Part shown: positions 62,891 through 64,000 of the stretch, in pieces
Numbering within the stretch: the first letter of the stretch is position 1
Layout: each line of letters starts with the position of its first letter
NCBI GenBank assembly: GCA_951406725.2
Contig: OX597836.1
Coordinates: forward strand, 22,568,001-22,632,000
Length of the DNA stretch: 64,000 nt
Reading direction: 5' to 3'
Source of the DNA: Octopus vulgaris
Taxonomy: Eukaryota
Program-made: the position numbers and the translations under genes
Notes under the pieces: model-generated
Told to the model about the DNA's origin: nothing
The model's input: the letters and a program-made list of their open reading frames with translations, nothing else
Database searches by the model: none

Positions 62891-64000
62891 GAGGCTGAGC
62901 TGAAAAGTTCATTGACTGACTGTGAAGGAGTGACACTAGAGCTGGGAAATTTTGTGTGCATTCATTTCAGCTCTCCTTACTCGTAAATGCATTGTTTTTG
63001 TCCAGGTAAACTGACTGTTCAAAGAAGACTGCAAAAGTAACTAGTTGTGACTTCTCTTGAAAAATTGACAAAATTTGGCATTGTTGTGTTAACAAGTACC
63101 TGTAGAAAATAGGGTTTAGCCTCCAAGAACATTCGTGTTGACATGGTTGCTACATTAGGGGATCACTTTCCAGCTATATCAACAATGCAAAAGTGGGCAG
63201 CTGAATTTAAGAAGGAAGCGAGAACCTTGAGAATTACCCAAGATCTAAACATCCTGAAGCTGTTATCATCAAGGAAACCATCTATTATGTTCCCCACTGG
63301 GTGATGGATGACAGGCAATTGACTATAAATCAAATAACTAATGCGAGTAGCATATCCTGTGAGGGAATTGAGAATATTCTGGACAATGAACTTGGCATGA
63401 CAAAGATTTTTGCTTGGTGGGTATCATGTCTTCTGACACCTGATCAAAAGTGTACCAGACTGATTACATCATAAGAAAATCTGACATTGTTTGAGGCAGA
63501 TCCAGCTGGTTTCCTTGAACATTTCCTGGGCCAAGATGAGTGTTTGGTTCATCACTTTGAACCAGAGACAAAGAGACAATACATGCAGTGGAAACATCCC
63601 TCCTCACCTGCTCCAAAGAAGGCCCAGGTCGTTTCATTTGCAGCGAAGGTGATGGTCTCAGTCTTTTTGGGTGCAAGGAACATTGTGTTTATCGACTTTC
63701 TTCAAAAGGGTCACACCATCAAGGCAGAGTACTAAACCTATTTCTTTATTATCCACAAGGGGCTAAACACAGAGGGGACAAACAAGGACAGACATAGGTA
63801 TTAAGTCGATTACATCGACCCCAGTGCATAACTGGTACTTAATTTATCAACCCTCAAAGGATGAAAAGCAAAGTCGACCTCGGCGGAATTTGAACTCACA
63901 ACGTAACGGCAGACGAAATACCGCTAAGCATTTCGCCCGGCGTGCTAACGTTTCTGCTAGCTTGCCGCCTTAAGGCAGAGTACTATACCAACTTGCTGAG
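62891..64000 (+). mobile_element. Decayed mariner (irritans-like), running off the window, interrupted by SINE-B (63737-63970)
   Basis: TA|TGAGG..GAAAAGTTC TIR start; QKWAAEFK, WVSCLLT, DECLVHHFEPETKRQYMQWKHPSSPAPKK and KVMVSVF motifs; TSD AAGGCAGAGTACTA. Confidence 0.9.

Overview
Eukaryotic (animal) AT-rich intronic or intergenic DNA, most likely from an Octopus-type cephalopod. That assignment is inferred from recalled tRNA-derived SINE families, RTE LINE tails and the extreme microsatellite load, and was not verified by a search. No intact host protein-coding gene, rRNA, true tRNA or CRISPR array could be supported; nearly all ORFs in the track are translations of microsatellites. The window is a dense fossil record of mobile DNA: about 20 copies of one tRNA-derived SINE (SINE-A), about 13 of a second, younger one (SINE-B, with clear TSDs), and about 18 RTE 3' tails. 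It also holds a 5'-truncated RTE whose RT carries an inserted C4HC3 (PHD-like) finger, a Penelope-like (probably Naiad-clade) RT relic, Penelope-type fragments with decayed hammerhead cores and long inverted repeats, mariner, maT (DD37D), hAT, piggyBac-type and Tc1/pogo-type elements, and a Helitron 5' end. An 8-unit 239-bp tandem array shows A/B higher-order structure. One CpG-rich, splice-acceptor-preceded, trinucleotide-rich segment (55.3-56.5 kb, minus strand) is the best candidate for host-transcribed sequence. All coordinates were read by eye and may be off by a few bases.
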